The notes under the pieces were generated by a model. The model was not told where the DNA came from and searched no databases. It worked only from the letters and a program-made list of their open reading frames with translations. From Felis catus (Eukaryota), in contig NC_058368.1 of the NCBI RefSeq assembly GCF_018350175.1, positions 130,512,001 to 130,576,000 on the forward strand: a stretch of 64,000 nt of DNA. The letters run 5' to 3'. Below, one piece after another: positions 38,196 through 50,670 of the stretch. Each line of letters starts with the position of its first letter. The stretch's first letter is position 1. A program made the position numbers and the translations under genes.

Positions 38196-38465
38196 TGGAA
38201 GATAGCTGTTCATAGGTCCCTCTCATTTCTGTACATCTCACGAGCAGAAACACTGACTGCTTTGTTTCAGACTACCTTTTCAAGTATGCTTGTATAGCAA
38301 ATAGCCTTGGAAGACAAACATAGTATATTCTTCCAAAGCAAGGGAGGTATGGTTTATATGATTTAAAAAAAAAAAAAAGATGATGCTCCTTTGAAGCAAA
38401 GGTCGTGTACTGTCTGTTATTAAAAATTCTGGTTTTGTAAGCTTGAAGTTTCTCTCCTGTGCTGG

Positions 38466-38671
38466 TGTCTTGGTCATGTTGGGCTGTTATAACAAAAATA
38501 CCATAGACTGAGTAGCTTAAATAATAGACCTTTATTAAAGTCCTAGAGTCTGAGAGCTCTAAGATCAGGGTGCTAGCATATTCAGTATTTGCTGAGGGTG
38601 CTCTTCCTGGTTTATAGATGGCTGCCTTTTTGCTTTATCCTTTCCCAGTCAGGGGCAGAGGGCGGGGAGAC

Positions 38672-38711
<40 letters not shown>

Positions 38712-38888
38712 TCCTCTGGTCTCTTCCTCTTCTTACAAGGGCATCAATCTCGTAATTTGGATTCAACTCTTACAACCTCATTTAAACCTAATTTCTTCCC
38801 AAAGTTCCCACCTCCAAATACCATCCCAATGGGGATTAGGATTTCAAACTTTAAATTTTGAAGGAACACAAACATCCAGCCCATAGCA
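38466..38888 (-). mobile_element. MLT1A-like MaLR solo LTR
   Basis: TGTCTTGGTC..ATAACAAAAATACCATAGACTG .. ACACAAACATCCAGCCCATAGCA; 5-bp flanks GCTGG/TCTGG. Confidence 0.85.
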
Positions 38889-39205
38889 TCTGGTGTTATT
38901 CACATTATTCTATAGGAATTGAGTTTAGGACAGCTGCTGAAAATGCTAATACCCTTGGTGCTCCTGCTTTGTTGAAGACCCAGCAATCTTGTTTCTTCTG
39001 CCTACATTCCAAATACCATCCCAATGGGGATTAGGATTTCAAACTTTAAATTTTGAAGGAACACAAACATCCAGCCCATAGCATCTGGTGTTATTCACAT
39101 TATTCTATAGGAATTGAGTTTAGGACAGCTGCTGAAAATGCTAATACCCTTGGTGCTCCTGCTTTGTTGAAGACCCAGCAATCTTGTTTCTTCTGCCTAC
39201 ATTCC
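38813..39205. repeat. Perfect 195-bp direct tandem duplication
   Basis: 38813-39007 identical to 39008-39202 by direct comparison; TCC at both junctions. Confidence 0.97.
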
Positions 39206-42047
39206 CGGAAGTACGGACTTGAAGTGTGTTAGTTTGCAGGTAGGGTTAAGTCTCAGACTTTGAATATAAGGTTATCAACAAATTGATTTTAAATGGAGTA
39301 AATGGAGTCAAAAGTAAGTATATATCTGAATTCCGTGGATAAGGGTTATTTATTATACTCCTTATATTTGATCTGAATTGCCAATTAAATGATGGCTATT
39401 ATATAGTAAAAAAAAAAACAAATTGTAGTTTGTTTCTCATTTGAAAAAACTAACCATGCAACACATCTATATATAATTTTAATTGGCTGTGTATTCAGGA
39501 ATGCAGAATCGAATTCTAAAGTATAGGAGGAATTCAAGAAAAATTAAAAACTCTTTGAGTCAGTGAAAAGGAAGAGAGTGTTAATTTTGCAGAAAATTAC
39601 ATCTTTATTGTGGATGAGCTTGGGATGCATCTAGAATGTAGTGAAAGGGATCAGAGAATAATACATATGGAAGACTGAATAGATGCTGTAAAAAAATAAA
39701 TAAGATGTTCCAGGATTGAACACAAAGAGAATTCAAATATGCTAATGTACTAATAATACTAATAAAAACTCTGCTGAAGTAGAAAAATACCTGAATTTGA
39801 ATATTAAGATTACTTATGAAGTATAAGAAAAAAACAGAAGAGCAGGTGATTACTTATTGCCTGTGGCAATTGAGATTAAAAGGTAAAGAACAGATAATAT
39901 GAAAATATAGAAGTACAAGTATGTTTTCTCATTGGAAAAACAAATTAGACTGTTCTTAGCTATCTATATCACGATATTGAATGTAGAATACCATGAGTAA
40001 AAATGATTAAAATAAGTACACATAATCACTGAAGTAAATTATTTTATATCAACATGATAAAATACCTTGTGATTATTCAACCAATAAAATACCAGCATAC
40101 AATAAAGACAGTTATGGAAAACATCTGTGAATTAGTTTTAAAAAATTAACATTGCAGACTGTGTTTATTTATTTCTGTGTTTTAGTCTGTACATTTTCTT
40201 GGGTCTCTCATTTTTATTTTCCTGCAGCTGTGCCTAAAGTATTGTTAGAGAGTTGAGATTCTAATGTCAATAATCTTAGTTTTTATTTGTAGAAGTTTAA
40301 CTTGCATGATTCATATGTTATATCTTCAAGCTTTTTTGTTTCCTGATTTTATTTTGTGAATAAACTAGTTCAGACACAAAAGGCTGTAGGTATTAAGAGA
40401 ATAACCAGAACAGCGGTGAAGCAAAAAATATTTTAAATATTAATACTGTGCCTTTTAGTGGTTAAAAACCAAAAATGATATTTAATATTTTCCCATGGAT
40501 TTCATTTTACTAAGAATTTTGAGGGTCCAGACAGATCAAAATTTTGACCAATAGCACATAAGTAATTAGTAGCAGAGATTAAATTAGCACTTTCTTCTTT
40601 TAATTTCCAGTTTTAGTTCTTTCATAACTTTAAAACTATACAGAGTATAGTATTTACTTAGGTTCAGTGTACTTTGAGTACAGACAATAATGCAGTATAT
40701 GAAAGCAGAGTGTTTCAGTGATCTAAATTTGACCTACTTAAACCTAGCAGGCTAGCAAAAATAAACATTAATCAAACATCCATTAATAGTTTATTTGTAG
40801 CATTTAAAAAAAATTTAGAAGGCATATTTTTTTTCAGAGTTTCCTAGTGATACCTAAATTCATAACTCTGTTAAGTGTTTAAATGTTTTCAGTGCTCAAC
40901 CAGAAAAGCTTGAAGTTATTCAATTGATGTATTTTTAAAAAGCCATCGAAAATTTAATAATGGATTTCTCACATATATAACTCTATATCTAGTGCCTAGT
41001 ATAACAGATAGAAATATCCAATTAATATTGGATGAATAAGTTATTTCTTAAAAGACTCGGACAAAAACATAGGTTATTAGTCATTACTGGACATTAATTA
41101 GATGAACACATCAGTAGTACTATCTCATCTTTACTTTTTACAGCTGGAAGATGACATATTTTGACAAGGCCACAGAAATTAAATAAGTATTAAGTTGTTG
41201 ATTAATTCTGTTTGAGAATGATTTTATGGCACTGCCACTGTGATAATATGATGGCTCAGTTAGCAAAAGCATGTTCAATTAAGTGACATGTGTCATGTGC
41301 AAAGGATAAGAGGTCATATGTGAATCAAACATTTTACACATATTTGGGGGTACACCAAAGATTTTCCTACCCATTGATGCCTGGGCTTGTTCTCTTTCAG
41401 AGGCTCTTTCTAGGTTAAAATATAGTCCAAATCTATGGGGAAAGAACATAGACAGTTGGAGGACTTTATTTAGCTCATTGATTCTCAAAAAATTCTACCC
41501 TAAAGCATGATGAAAACAAAAGAGAATTAAAGAAGTGAAGATCAAATTTCAGTGTTGGCTACAGATTCCTCAGCTACTCAGAGAAATAACATCTGATTAT
41601 TACATAAAATAAAACTTTTAATTATTCAAATGGGACTCATCCTTCTGTTTCACTGTATCTTTAATATGTAAATTCTACAAAAATGAAATTGGAAATTTAT
41701 CATGAATGTTTCATAATATCTTAAAGCTGGTAGAGATCTGGCAAGTATCATTTAATCAGTGCCTCCTCCTATCTCTATTAGGGCAGAGATAATGCTATTT
41801 CTTAACTGCTCTATTTCTCAGTGGCTAGCCCAGTGCTGTGCAAACATTAGATGCTCAAGAAAGAACAAACAGAGCTGTTGTCTGCTCTCAGTCATCTGCA
41901 AGAACACACTGTGGTTGGAAGGGAAGAGAGGAGGATACCTGGGTTCCTCCTGTTTTCCCTCCCTCTTCTGAAAGGCTCAATTACTTTGTGGATTGAAAGC
42001 CAGCTCTTCAAAGGTGAACTAGAACAAAGTCTCCTTTTTGAAGTCTC

Positions 42048-42478
42048 TTTTTTTTTTAAATTTTGAATATAGTTGACATACAGTGTTATGTTAGTTTCAG
42101 GTGTACAACATTCTGATTCAACTTATCTATGCATTATGCTGTGCTTACCACAAGTATAGCTACCATCTGTCATCACACCTCCCTATTACAGTATCATTGA
42201 ATGTGTTCCCTATTCTGTGCCTTTTATTCCCATGACCTACTCATTCCCTAACTGGAAGCCTGTATCTCCCTATCCCCTTCACCCATTTTGCCTGTCCCTC
42301 CAGCTCTCCTCTCCTTGGGCAACCATCATTTCTCTGTATTCATAAGTCTGATTCTGCTCCTTGTTTATTTGTATGTTTTATCTTTTTAGATTCCACATAT
42401 GACTGAAATCATCTGCTATCTGTCTTTCTTAGTTTGACTTATTTGACTTTGCATAACACCCTCTAAATTCATCCATGT
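42048..42478 (-). mobile_element. Carnivore-type L1 3' end (5'-truncated)
   Basis: poly(T), ATAGTTGACATACAGTGTTATGTTAGTTTCAGGTGTACAACA..TTAGATTCCACATATGACTGAAATCAT. Confidence 0.88.
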
Positions 42479-43654
42479 GCATCTGAGGTTGAATCAATCA
42501 TTTCTGTATGCTCTCGTAACCATTTTCTTTCTCTGATATCATGGTTGCTTTGTATTCGAGTTGGTTGCTTAAAAACTACTTAAAGATTTTAAATGAAATG
42601 CAGGCAGTGATTAGGTCTTATTCATTATGTTAAATCTCAGGAAAATGAGAAAGTATTGGTTGTTAATTAATGAAGTTCACTGAGAGTACAATTAGAGTGA
42701 CCTAAACTGGTCAGAGTTTGAGAACAGGAATGGAAAGTGGACACTCAGGTATGGAGCTGTAGCTCCTGAACTGTTCTCCCAAGAGACTTCTTACACAATT
42801 CCTTTGTTCAAACTGGAGTAGCAAAGGAGAGTCAACATGTTTCACATGTTTTCTCAAAAATATTTTTGCTTCAGGAAGGAAAATATGGGTTACTCCTATT
42901 ATGATCCAATCAAAAATGAATTTTGCTTGAGTCTGAAGTATGTGGGAGTGATGCTTAGAACCATCAAAAACCTGATTCCAAATGCAAATTTAGAGATAGA
43001 GTCAGTATTACAGCTTGGATGGATCCTGAATATCATCCGTGTCAATTTAGTGATTTTCTAGGTGGAAAACTTAATATTCTGAAAGAGTAGAAAATCGTCT
43101 GGAAACAGAAATAAACAGCACTAATCCTACAAGGAACTGAGATACGTCCATCTGAGAAGTTTTGAAACTTTAAGGACTTTATTAGATATGACAAGCAACT
43201 TCAAGTGTTCAGAGAGGAGAAATAATATTTCAAAAACTTAAAATTATTTATATATGCAGGTTCAAATACTCAGGAGATCAGGAAAAAATGTCTTTATTTT
43301 TAAAACATCTCTAGAGTCTGAAAATGAGAATAGAAGCTTACCCCAGGCAAAGGGAAGAAATCTCACTACTAGAGAGCTAATAAGAAATTCAGAGGGCAAT
43401 GACAATATACATTCTGATTTCCATGGAACGTGAAAGGCTCCTCTAGCATTTGTGGACACTTATATTAAAAATGTTATTCAGAGTTCCCTATACTTTTTTC
43501 TTTGACTGGTTTCCCCTCTTTTTCCATTAATTTTCAGTAGCTATAAACATTAGTTAAAGCATACATTTCCAATCTCTACTACATAAATAAAGATTTTTAT
43601 TCCATACAATTTAAATTATGGGGAAAACCACCACCTAAAGTTTTCTTTAGAAAA

Positions 43655-43865
43655 TCTTTCTTTTTTTCCCCAGTTTTTTTTTTAGTGAATAAGTGATATG
43701 TAGCACTGTATAAATTTAAGGCATATAGCATGATGACTTGATTTATATATATCATAAAATGATTACCAAAACAGGATCAGTTAGCATCCATTCTTCTCAT
43801 ATTGATAAAAGAAAAAAGAAAAAGAAAAACCTTCTCTCTGTGATGAGACCTTTTATATTCACTTT
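43655..43865 (-). mobile_element. L1 3' terminus (host element; continues at 49937-50670)
   Basis: Same 3' UTR type as 27451-27660; breaks after TGTGATGAGACC. Confidence 0.75.
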
Positions 43866-44205
43866 TTATTCCTGAGGTAAATGGACATATAACATGTAGT
43901 TTAAGGTACACAATGTTATAATTGCACATCATGTACACAGTGATCACCATTAAAAGTGTACTTAATATCTATTACCATACAATTGACCTCTTTACTAATT
44001 TCTCCCACCCCTCAGATTGGTAACCACCAATCCATTCCCTGTATCTATGAGTTTGTTTTGTTCACTGTTTTGTTGAAATTGTTTTTTAGGTTCCATGTAG
44101 GAGTGAAATCATATAGTGCTTGTCTTTTTCCATCTGACTTACTTCACTTACCTTAATGATTTCAAGGTCTATCCATGTTGTTGCATATGACAAAATTTCA
44201 TTATT

Positions 44206-44415
44206 CGTTTTTAAGTTTATTTATTTTGAGAAAGAAAAAGAGACAGCAAGCATGAGGAGAGGAGGGTCAGTGAGAAAGAGGGGAGAGAATCCCAGGCAGA
44301 CTCCACGCTTTGAGCACAGAGCTGGATGCTATGTGGGGCTCAAACTCAGGAAATTGAGATCATGACATGAACAGAACTCAGGGGTCAGACACTTGGTGAG
44401 TCACCCAGGAGTCCC
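44206..44415 (-). mobile_element. CanSINE
   Basis: Ends GAGTCACCCAGGAGTCCC; TSD AAAATTTCATTATT on both sides. Confidence 0.85.
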
Positions 44416-45067
44416 AAAAATTTCATTATTTTTTTTATGGCTGAGTATTATTTGATTGTATGCAAGTGTGTGTATATACAAACATATATACATACTACAT
44501 TTTTTTATCCCTTCATCCATTGTTTCCATTTCTAACCACTGTAAAGATTGCTGCAATGAACAAAGGGGTACACATATTTTTTTGAATCAGTGTTTTTGTA
44601 TTCTTCAGATAAATACCCAGGAATGGACTAGCTGGATCATAAGACAGTTCTACTTTTCATTTTGTTTTGAGGAACCTCCATACTCTTTCCACAGTAGCTA
44701 CACCAATTCATATCACCACCAGCAGTGCACGAGGGATCTCTTTGCTCCATACCCTGTCCATACCTAACAGGTATGAGGTAACATCCTATTCTTGTTTTCA
44801 TTTTCATTTCCTTAATTAGCCATGTTTAACATCTTTTAATGTGATTTTTGGCCAACTGTATTTTTTTAATGTCTATTTGTCTTACATTTTCCATTTATTA
44901 CTATCCATTCATCCATTCAGATTTTCTGCCAGTTTTAAAATGACATTCATTTTTTGTTGTTGCTGTCTTTAATGAGTTTTTCCTATGTTTGGCATTAGTC
45001 CCTTTTCAGATACCTGATTTGCAAAAGTCTTCCAATTCAGTAGAGTGCCTTTTTGTTTTGATAATTA

Positions 45068-45274
45068 AAAAAATTTTTTTTTACTGTTTATTTATTTTTG
45101 AGACAGAGACAGAGCATGAACTGGGAAGGGCCAGAGAGAGAGGAAGACACAGAATCCAAAGCAGACTCCAGGCTCTGAGCTGTCAGCACAGAGCCTGACG
45201 TGGGGCTCGAACCCACCAACCATGAGATCATGACGAAGTCGGACGCTTAACCGACTGAATCACCCAGGCACCCC
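45068..45274 (-). mobile_element. Felid CanSINE
   Basis: GGCTCTGAGCTGTCAGCACAGAGCC..GAAGTCGGACGCTTAACCGACTG..CCCAGGCACCCC; TGATAATT flanks. Confidence 0.93.
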
Positions 45275-45672
45275 TGATAATTTTTTTAATGTGCAGAAAC
45301 TTTTAAGTTTGATATAACCTCACTTATTTTTTGCTTTTGTTTCCCTTGCCTTTACAGTCAGATCCACAAAAATATCAGTAAGATCAGTGTCAAAAAGCTT
45401 CCCAGCTATGTTTTCTTCAAGGGATTTTAATGGTTTCAGGCTTCATATTCAAGTTGTTAATCCCTTATGAGTTTATTTTGGTGTATGGCATAGAGGAGTG
45501 GGCCAGGCTCATTTTTTGGCATGTGGCTGTCCAGTTTTTTATGCATCAAGTATTGAAGAGATTGTCCTTTTTCACTGGATGTTCTTGACTACTTTGTTGT
45601 ATTAATTGTCCATACATGTGTGTTCTCAAATTTGTTCCATTAATCTGTGTGTCTATTTAAAAAAAATTGTTA

Positions 45673-45876
45673 GGGGTGGTGGTGGATCTATCCCTTAAGT
45701 GTCCGACTCTTGATTTTGGCTCAGGTCATGATCTTTCTGTTCATGACTTCAAGCCCCTCATCAGGCTCTGTGTTGACAGTGCGGAGCCTGCTTGGATTTC
45801 TCTCCCCGGCTCTCTCTCTGCCCCTCCCCTGCTCACTCTCCCTCTCTCAAAATAAATAAATGAACGTAAAAAAAAA
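45673..45876 (+). mobile_element. CanSINE
   Basis: GTGTCCGACTCTTGATTTTGGCTCAGGTCATGATC..CT tract, AATAAA, poly(A). Confidence 0.9.
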
Positions 45877-45877
45877 T

Positions 45878-48800
45878 TATTATTTTTTAAAAGTATAGTT
45901 GACATACATGTTATATTACTTTCAGCTTTGTAACAATGTTTCAGCAAGTCTATACATTGCTTAATGCTCATGAGCATTGGAGTTACTTTCTGACACTAAA
46001 ATGTTACTGCAGTTGGACTATCTTCAAATGCTGTACTTTTCACTTTTATAACTAGAACTTTGTGTCTCTTAATCCCCTTTACCTTTCTAGCCCATCACCA
46101 CCCCCCCACAGCCGTGCCTTCTGATAACCACCTCTAACACTAGAGAAATACTGTTTCTGATTTAGTTTTTTTTTAATAGAAGTTCAATCATATGGTATTT
46201 GTATTTCTGTGTCTGATTTACTTCACTTAGCATAATATCCTCAAGGTCCATCCATGTTGTTATAATGGCAAGATACTATTTTTTTTAATGGCTTAGTAAC
46301 ATTCCATTGCATATTTATATCGATCTTTATCCATTCATCTATAAATGTACACTTAGATTGCTTCCATATATTCGTTATTGTAATTAATGCTGCCATATAA
46401 TAAGGGATCCATATATCTCTTCAGTGTTTCCTTCTCTTGTGGGATGTAAGTATCTACTAGTGGAATTACTGGATTGTATGTCTTTACTATTTTTAATTTT
46501 TTGAGGAAACTCCATATTGTTTCCACAGTGGTTGCACCAATTTTTATGGCCAATAAAGTTTTCCAAACTTTTATTGAATAGACTATCCTTCCCCACTGGG
46601 TATTCTTGCCTCGTTTATTATATATTAATTGACCATATAAACGTGGGTTTACTTCTGGACTCTATCCTGTTCTATTGATGTATGTGTCTCTTTTTGTGCC
46701 AATAACATTTCGTTGTGATTATTATGCATTGTATTCTATCTTGAAATCTGGGATTATGATACCTCCAGCTTTGTTATTTTTTTAGAAAACTTTTTTTTTA
46801 AGTTTATTTATTTATTTTTGAGAGAGAGCATGAGGGAGACAGGGGCAGAAAGAAAGGGAGAGAGGGAATCCCAGGCAGGCTATGCACCATCTGTGCAGCC
46901 TGATGTAGGGCCCAAACTCATGAACCACGAGATCATGACCTGAGACCAAGTTGGGCGCTTAACTGACTGAGCCACCCAGGCACCCCTGTTCTTTTTTCTA
47001 AAGATTGCTTTGGCTATTCAGGGTCATCTGTGGTTCCATACAAACTTTAGAATTATTTGTTCTAGCTCTGTGAAAAGTACTTTTGATATTTTGATAGGGA
47101 TTGCATTGAATCTGTAGGTTGTTTTGGGTAGTATGGACATTTTAACAATATTCTTCCATGCTGTGAGTATATCTTTCCATGTGTTTATATTACCTTCAGT
47201 TTCTTTCATCAATGTCTTACAGTTTTCAGAGTACAAATATTTCACCTCTTTGGTTAACTGTATGCCTAGGTATGTTCTTCTTGGTCAGTTGTAAATAGGA
47301 TTGATTTTTAAAATATCCTTCCTGCTTTGCCATTAACATAAGGAAACAAAAGATATTTCCCTGTGTTATTCTTTTATCCTGCAGATGTACTGAGTTTATT
47401 CATTTTAATAGTTTTTGATGAAGTTTTTACAGCTTGCTTTATATAGTATCATGTCATCTCCTAACACTGACTGTTTTACTTCTTTCTTACCAATTTGGAT
47501 GACTTCTATTACCTTTTCATCCAATTCATGTGACTAGAACTTCCAGTGCCTATGTTTAGTGAAAGTGGCAAGAGTGGACATCCTTGTCTTGTTCCTGTTC
47601 TTAGAGAGAAAGCTTTCAATTTTTTTCTTACAGAGTGTGTTGTTAGCCGTGGGTTTGTCATACATGGCCTTTGTTAATATTGAAGTATATTCCCTCTAAA
47701 TCCACTTTGTCAAGAGTTTTTATCAGAAATGAATGTTGAATTACATCATATGCTTTCTCTGCATCTTTTGTGATAATTGTATGGTTTTTACTCTTCATTT
47801 GGTTAGTATGGTTTATTACAATGATCGCCTTGTGCATGCTGACCCATCCTTGCATACCTGAAATAAATTCCACTTGGTTTGCTAATATTTTATTGAAGAA
47901 TTTTGCATCTTTGAACATCAAAGATATTGGCCTGTAGTTTTCTTTGTTTTTTGTTTTTTGTTTTTTTTTGTACTGTCTTTGGTTTTGGTATCAAGGCAAT
48001 GCTGGCCTTGTAGAATCAATTTGAAAGTTTTCCTTCTATTTTTTAAAATAGTTTGAGAAGAGTAGGTATTCACTTTTCCTTAAATATATGGTAGAATTAA
48101 TATGTGAAGCCACCAAGTCTGGACTTTTGTTTGTGGGAGTGTTTTGATTCAATTTTGTTACCAGTAATTGTTGTGTTTAGATTTTTTTATTTCTTGCTGA
48201 TTCAGTTTTTAAAGACTCTCTTTTTCAAGTAATTTATCCACTCTTCTAAATTATCCAATTTGTTTGCTTATAATTTTTCATAGTATCACAGTCCTTTGTA
48301 TTTCTGTGGTATTAATAATTACTTTGTCTTTTTCATTTCTGATCTTGTTTTTGTGACCTCAGTTGGTCTTTTTCTTGGTACATATTGCTAAAGGTTTAAC
48401 AGTTTTGATCTTTCCAAAGCTCTTGGTGTCATTGATATTTTCTATTGTCTTTGAAGCCTCTTTTTTATTTCTCCTCTGATTTTATTATTTTTTTCCTTCT
48501 ATTATTTTCTTCCTTCCTGGGGTTATTTTTTTTCCTTCTTTTTCTAGATTCTTTCGGTGTTGAAATGCTTGAGATTTTTCTGTTTTTTCTGAGGTAGGCC
48601 TGTATGTATGTATTTCTTCTAGACCAGTTTTGATGTATTGCAAATATTTCTGTGTCATAGTTCTCTATACATTAGTCTCTAGGTTTTTAAAAATTTCTTC
48701 ATTGGTATCTTGGATGACCTCTTAGTTATTCAGTAATATGTTGCTTAATCTCCACATTTTTGTGTTTTTTCCAGTTTTCTTCCTTTTATTGATTTCTAGT

Positions 48801-49934
48801 TTTATACCATTGTGGTTAGAGAAGATGCTTCATATGGTTTCATTCTTCTTGGATTTATTGATACTTGTGTGACCTAACATATAATCTATCCTGGAGAATG
48901 TTCAGTGTGCACTTAAGAAGAATGTACATAATGTTGCTATTAGATGGAATGTTTCTGTATACCTATTAAATCCATTATGAATTTTCTTTTTAGTTTATTT
49001 ATTGATGTAAGTGGGGTGTTAAATTCCCCTACTATTTTTATATTTCTGTCAATTCATCCCTTCAGATATGTTAATGTTTACTTTATTCATTTGGTATTCC
49101 TATGGTGGGTGTGTGTATGTGTATTTTATATCTTCTGGTTAGATTGACCCTCTATCATTATGCCTTTCTTTGCCTATTATTGTAATCTTTCTTTGAAAGC
49201 CAATCTTGTGTAACAGTATAGCTACACCAACTTTCTTTCTGTTTCCATTTGCATGGAATAGCTTTCTCTATCCCTTTACTTTTGGTCTCTGTGTGTCCTT
49301 CCTTCTGGAGGGAGTCTTGTAGGCAGCATGTAGATAGAATGGCTGAATGGCTTTAAAAAAATACCTATGTCTTTTGATTGAAGAATCTTGTTTATTTACA
49401 TTTAAAGCAATTATTGATAGGTTTTTACTTAGGCATTTTGTTAGTTGTTTCCAAGCTGTTGTTGTTATTACTGTCCATTTCTTCTCTTTTTCTATTCCCT
49501 CATGGTTTGATGGCTTTCACTAATGATATGTTTGTATTCTTTTCTTGTTCTCCTTTGTGTATTTATTGTAAGTAAATTGTCGTTTTCCTGCATATAATTC
49601 CCATTGTTTTTCAAAGCCCATCATTTAGGAAGCTCATTTCATGTAGGATTGAAGGGTTGTAGTACTTGATATAGAGCACAAACACTTCACTTAGGGAAAA
49701 GTTATGTATTTTTGAGATTCCTTTCACGTGTGGATTGCTGTGATTGGGGAAGATATTTTTGTGTAGGACTTTTTCTGCCTCCCCTACCCATCTTAAAACT
49801 GTTCTTTTTTCCTTTGTTGTGGAGACTCTGCTCACCTAGTTTTCTTGCCTTTTTAAGAGAAAATATTTCATATATATTTGCTCTGTGGGATGGAGTGAGG
49901 TCAATATGTTCCGACTCTGCCATTTTGAACTCAA
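45878..49934 (-). mobile_element. L1 with 3' UTR, most of ORF2 (decayed) and 5' UTR start, lacking ORF1
   Basis: ORF2 remnants in ORFs 46353-46553, 47024-47245, 47658-47921 (DAEKAYD); ORF2 ATG at 49436 followed by LSIIALNVN..IKRHR; 5' start (minus) GAGTTCAAAATGGCAGAG. Confidence 0.8.
46790..46986 (-). mobile_element. CanSINE inside L1 ORF2
   Basis: GAGATCATGACCTGAG..CTTAACTGACTGAGCCACCCAGGCACCCC. Confidence 0.92.
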
Positions 49935-49936
49935 CC

Positions 49937-50670
49937 AGGATTTAAACTTTTAATAACCTACCTACATATCATACACAGTATAAGCTGTCTTCTTCACTTT
50001 TTACTGTATGCCCCTATTACTTACCTTATAACCGGAAGTTTGTATCTGTGATCACCTTCATCCATTGTACACCCTCTGCCTCTGGTAACAACAAGTTTGG
50101 TATATTTTCCTGTGAGTTTTATTTATCTTAAGATTCCACATATAAATGAAATCATGCATTATTTGTCTTTCTCCAGTTTATTTCACTATTTAATGCCTTC
50201 CAGGTCCAACTATATTGTCACAAACGGGAAGATTTCCTCAATCCTTGATGGCTGATATTCCATGTGTATGTACTTTATATACATGTATTTATATGGATTT
50301 CATTATACACACACACACACACACACTTATACATAATTGTGTATGTGTGTTTTTTGTTGTTGTTTGTGGTTGTGTGTGTGTGTGTTAAGTCTTATATATT
50401 TTGGATACTAACCCCATATTGGATATATCATTTGTAAATATCTTCTCCAATTCAGTAGATTGTATTTTAGTTTTATTGATTGTTTGCTGTGCAGAAGCTT
50501 TTGATTTTGATGTAGTCCCAATAGTTCATTTTTGCTTTTGTTTCCCTTGCCTCAGGACACATATGTAGAAAAATGTTGCTATGGCTGATGTCAGATAATT
50601 ACTGCCTGTGTTCTCTTCGAGGATTTTCATAGTTTGAAGGCTCACATTAAGATCTTTAATCCACTTTGAG
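49937..50670 (-). mobile_element. Continuation of host L1 (3' UTR/ORF2 C-terminus) with internal deletion at a microsatellite
   Basis: Resumes AGGATTT..; ORF 50526-50738 contains SKWIKDLNV..MKILEENTG. Confidence 0.75.

Larger units (their letters stand above)
38196..39265 (+). mobile_element. MER76-like ERVL LTR, split by an MLT1A insertion and partly duplicated
   Basis: GAGCAGAAACACTGACTGCTTTG..TGTATAGCAAATAGCCTTGGAAGA..TGTTAGTTTGCAGGTAGGGTTAAGTCTCAGAC resembles recalled MER76. Confidence 0.6.
43866..45660 (-). mobile_element. 5'-truncated L1 (3' UTR + ORF2 C-terminus) carrying two SINEs
   Basis: Antisense TTTTGAGGAACCTCCATACT..TGCAGAAACTTTTAAGTTTGAT..TATTGAAGAGATTGTCC. Confidence 0.8.

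Noticed and set aside
38813..39205. CRISPR-like or satellite array interpretation of the direct repeat
   Set aside because: Only two adjacent copies, no spacers, eukaryotic LTR-derived sequence
42837..43061. 74-aa ORF in unique sequence with TTTTTGCTTCAG acceptor
   Set aside because: No recognisable homology and no convincing in-frame donor
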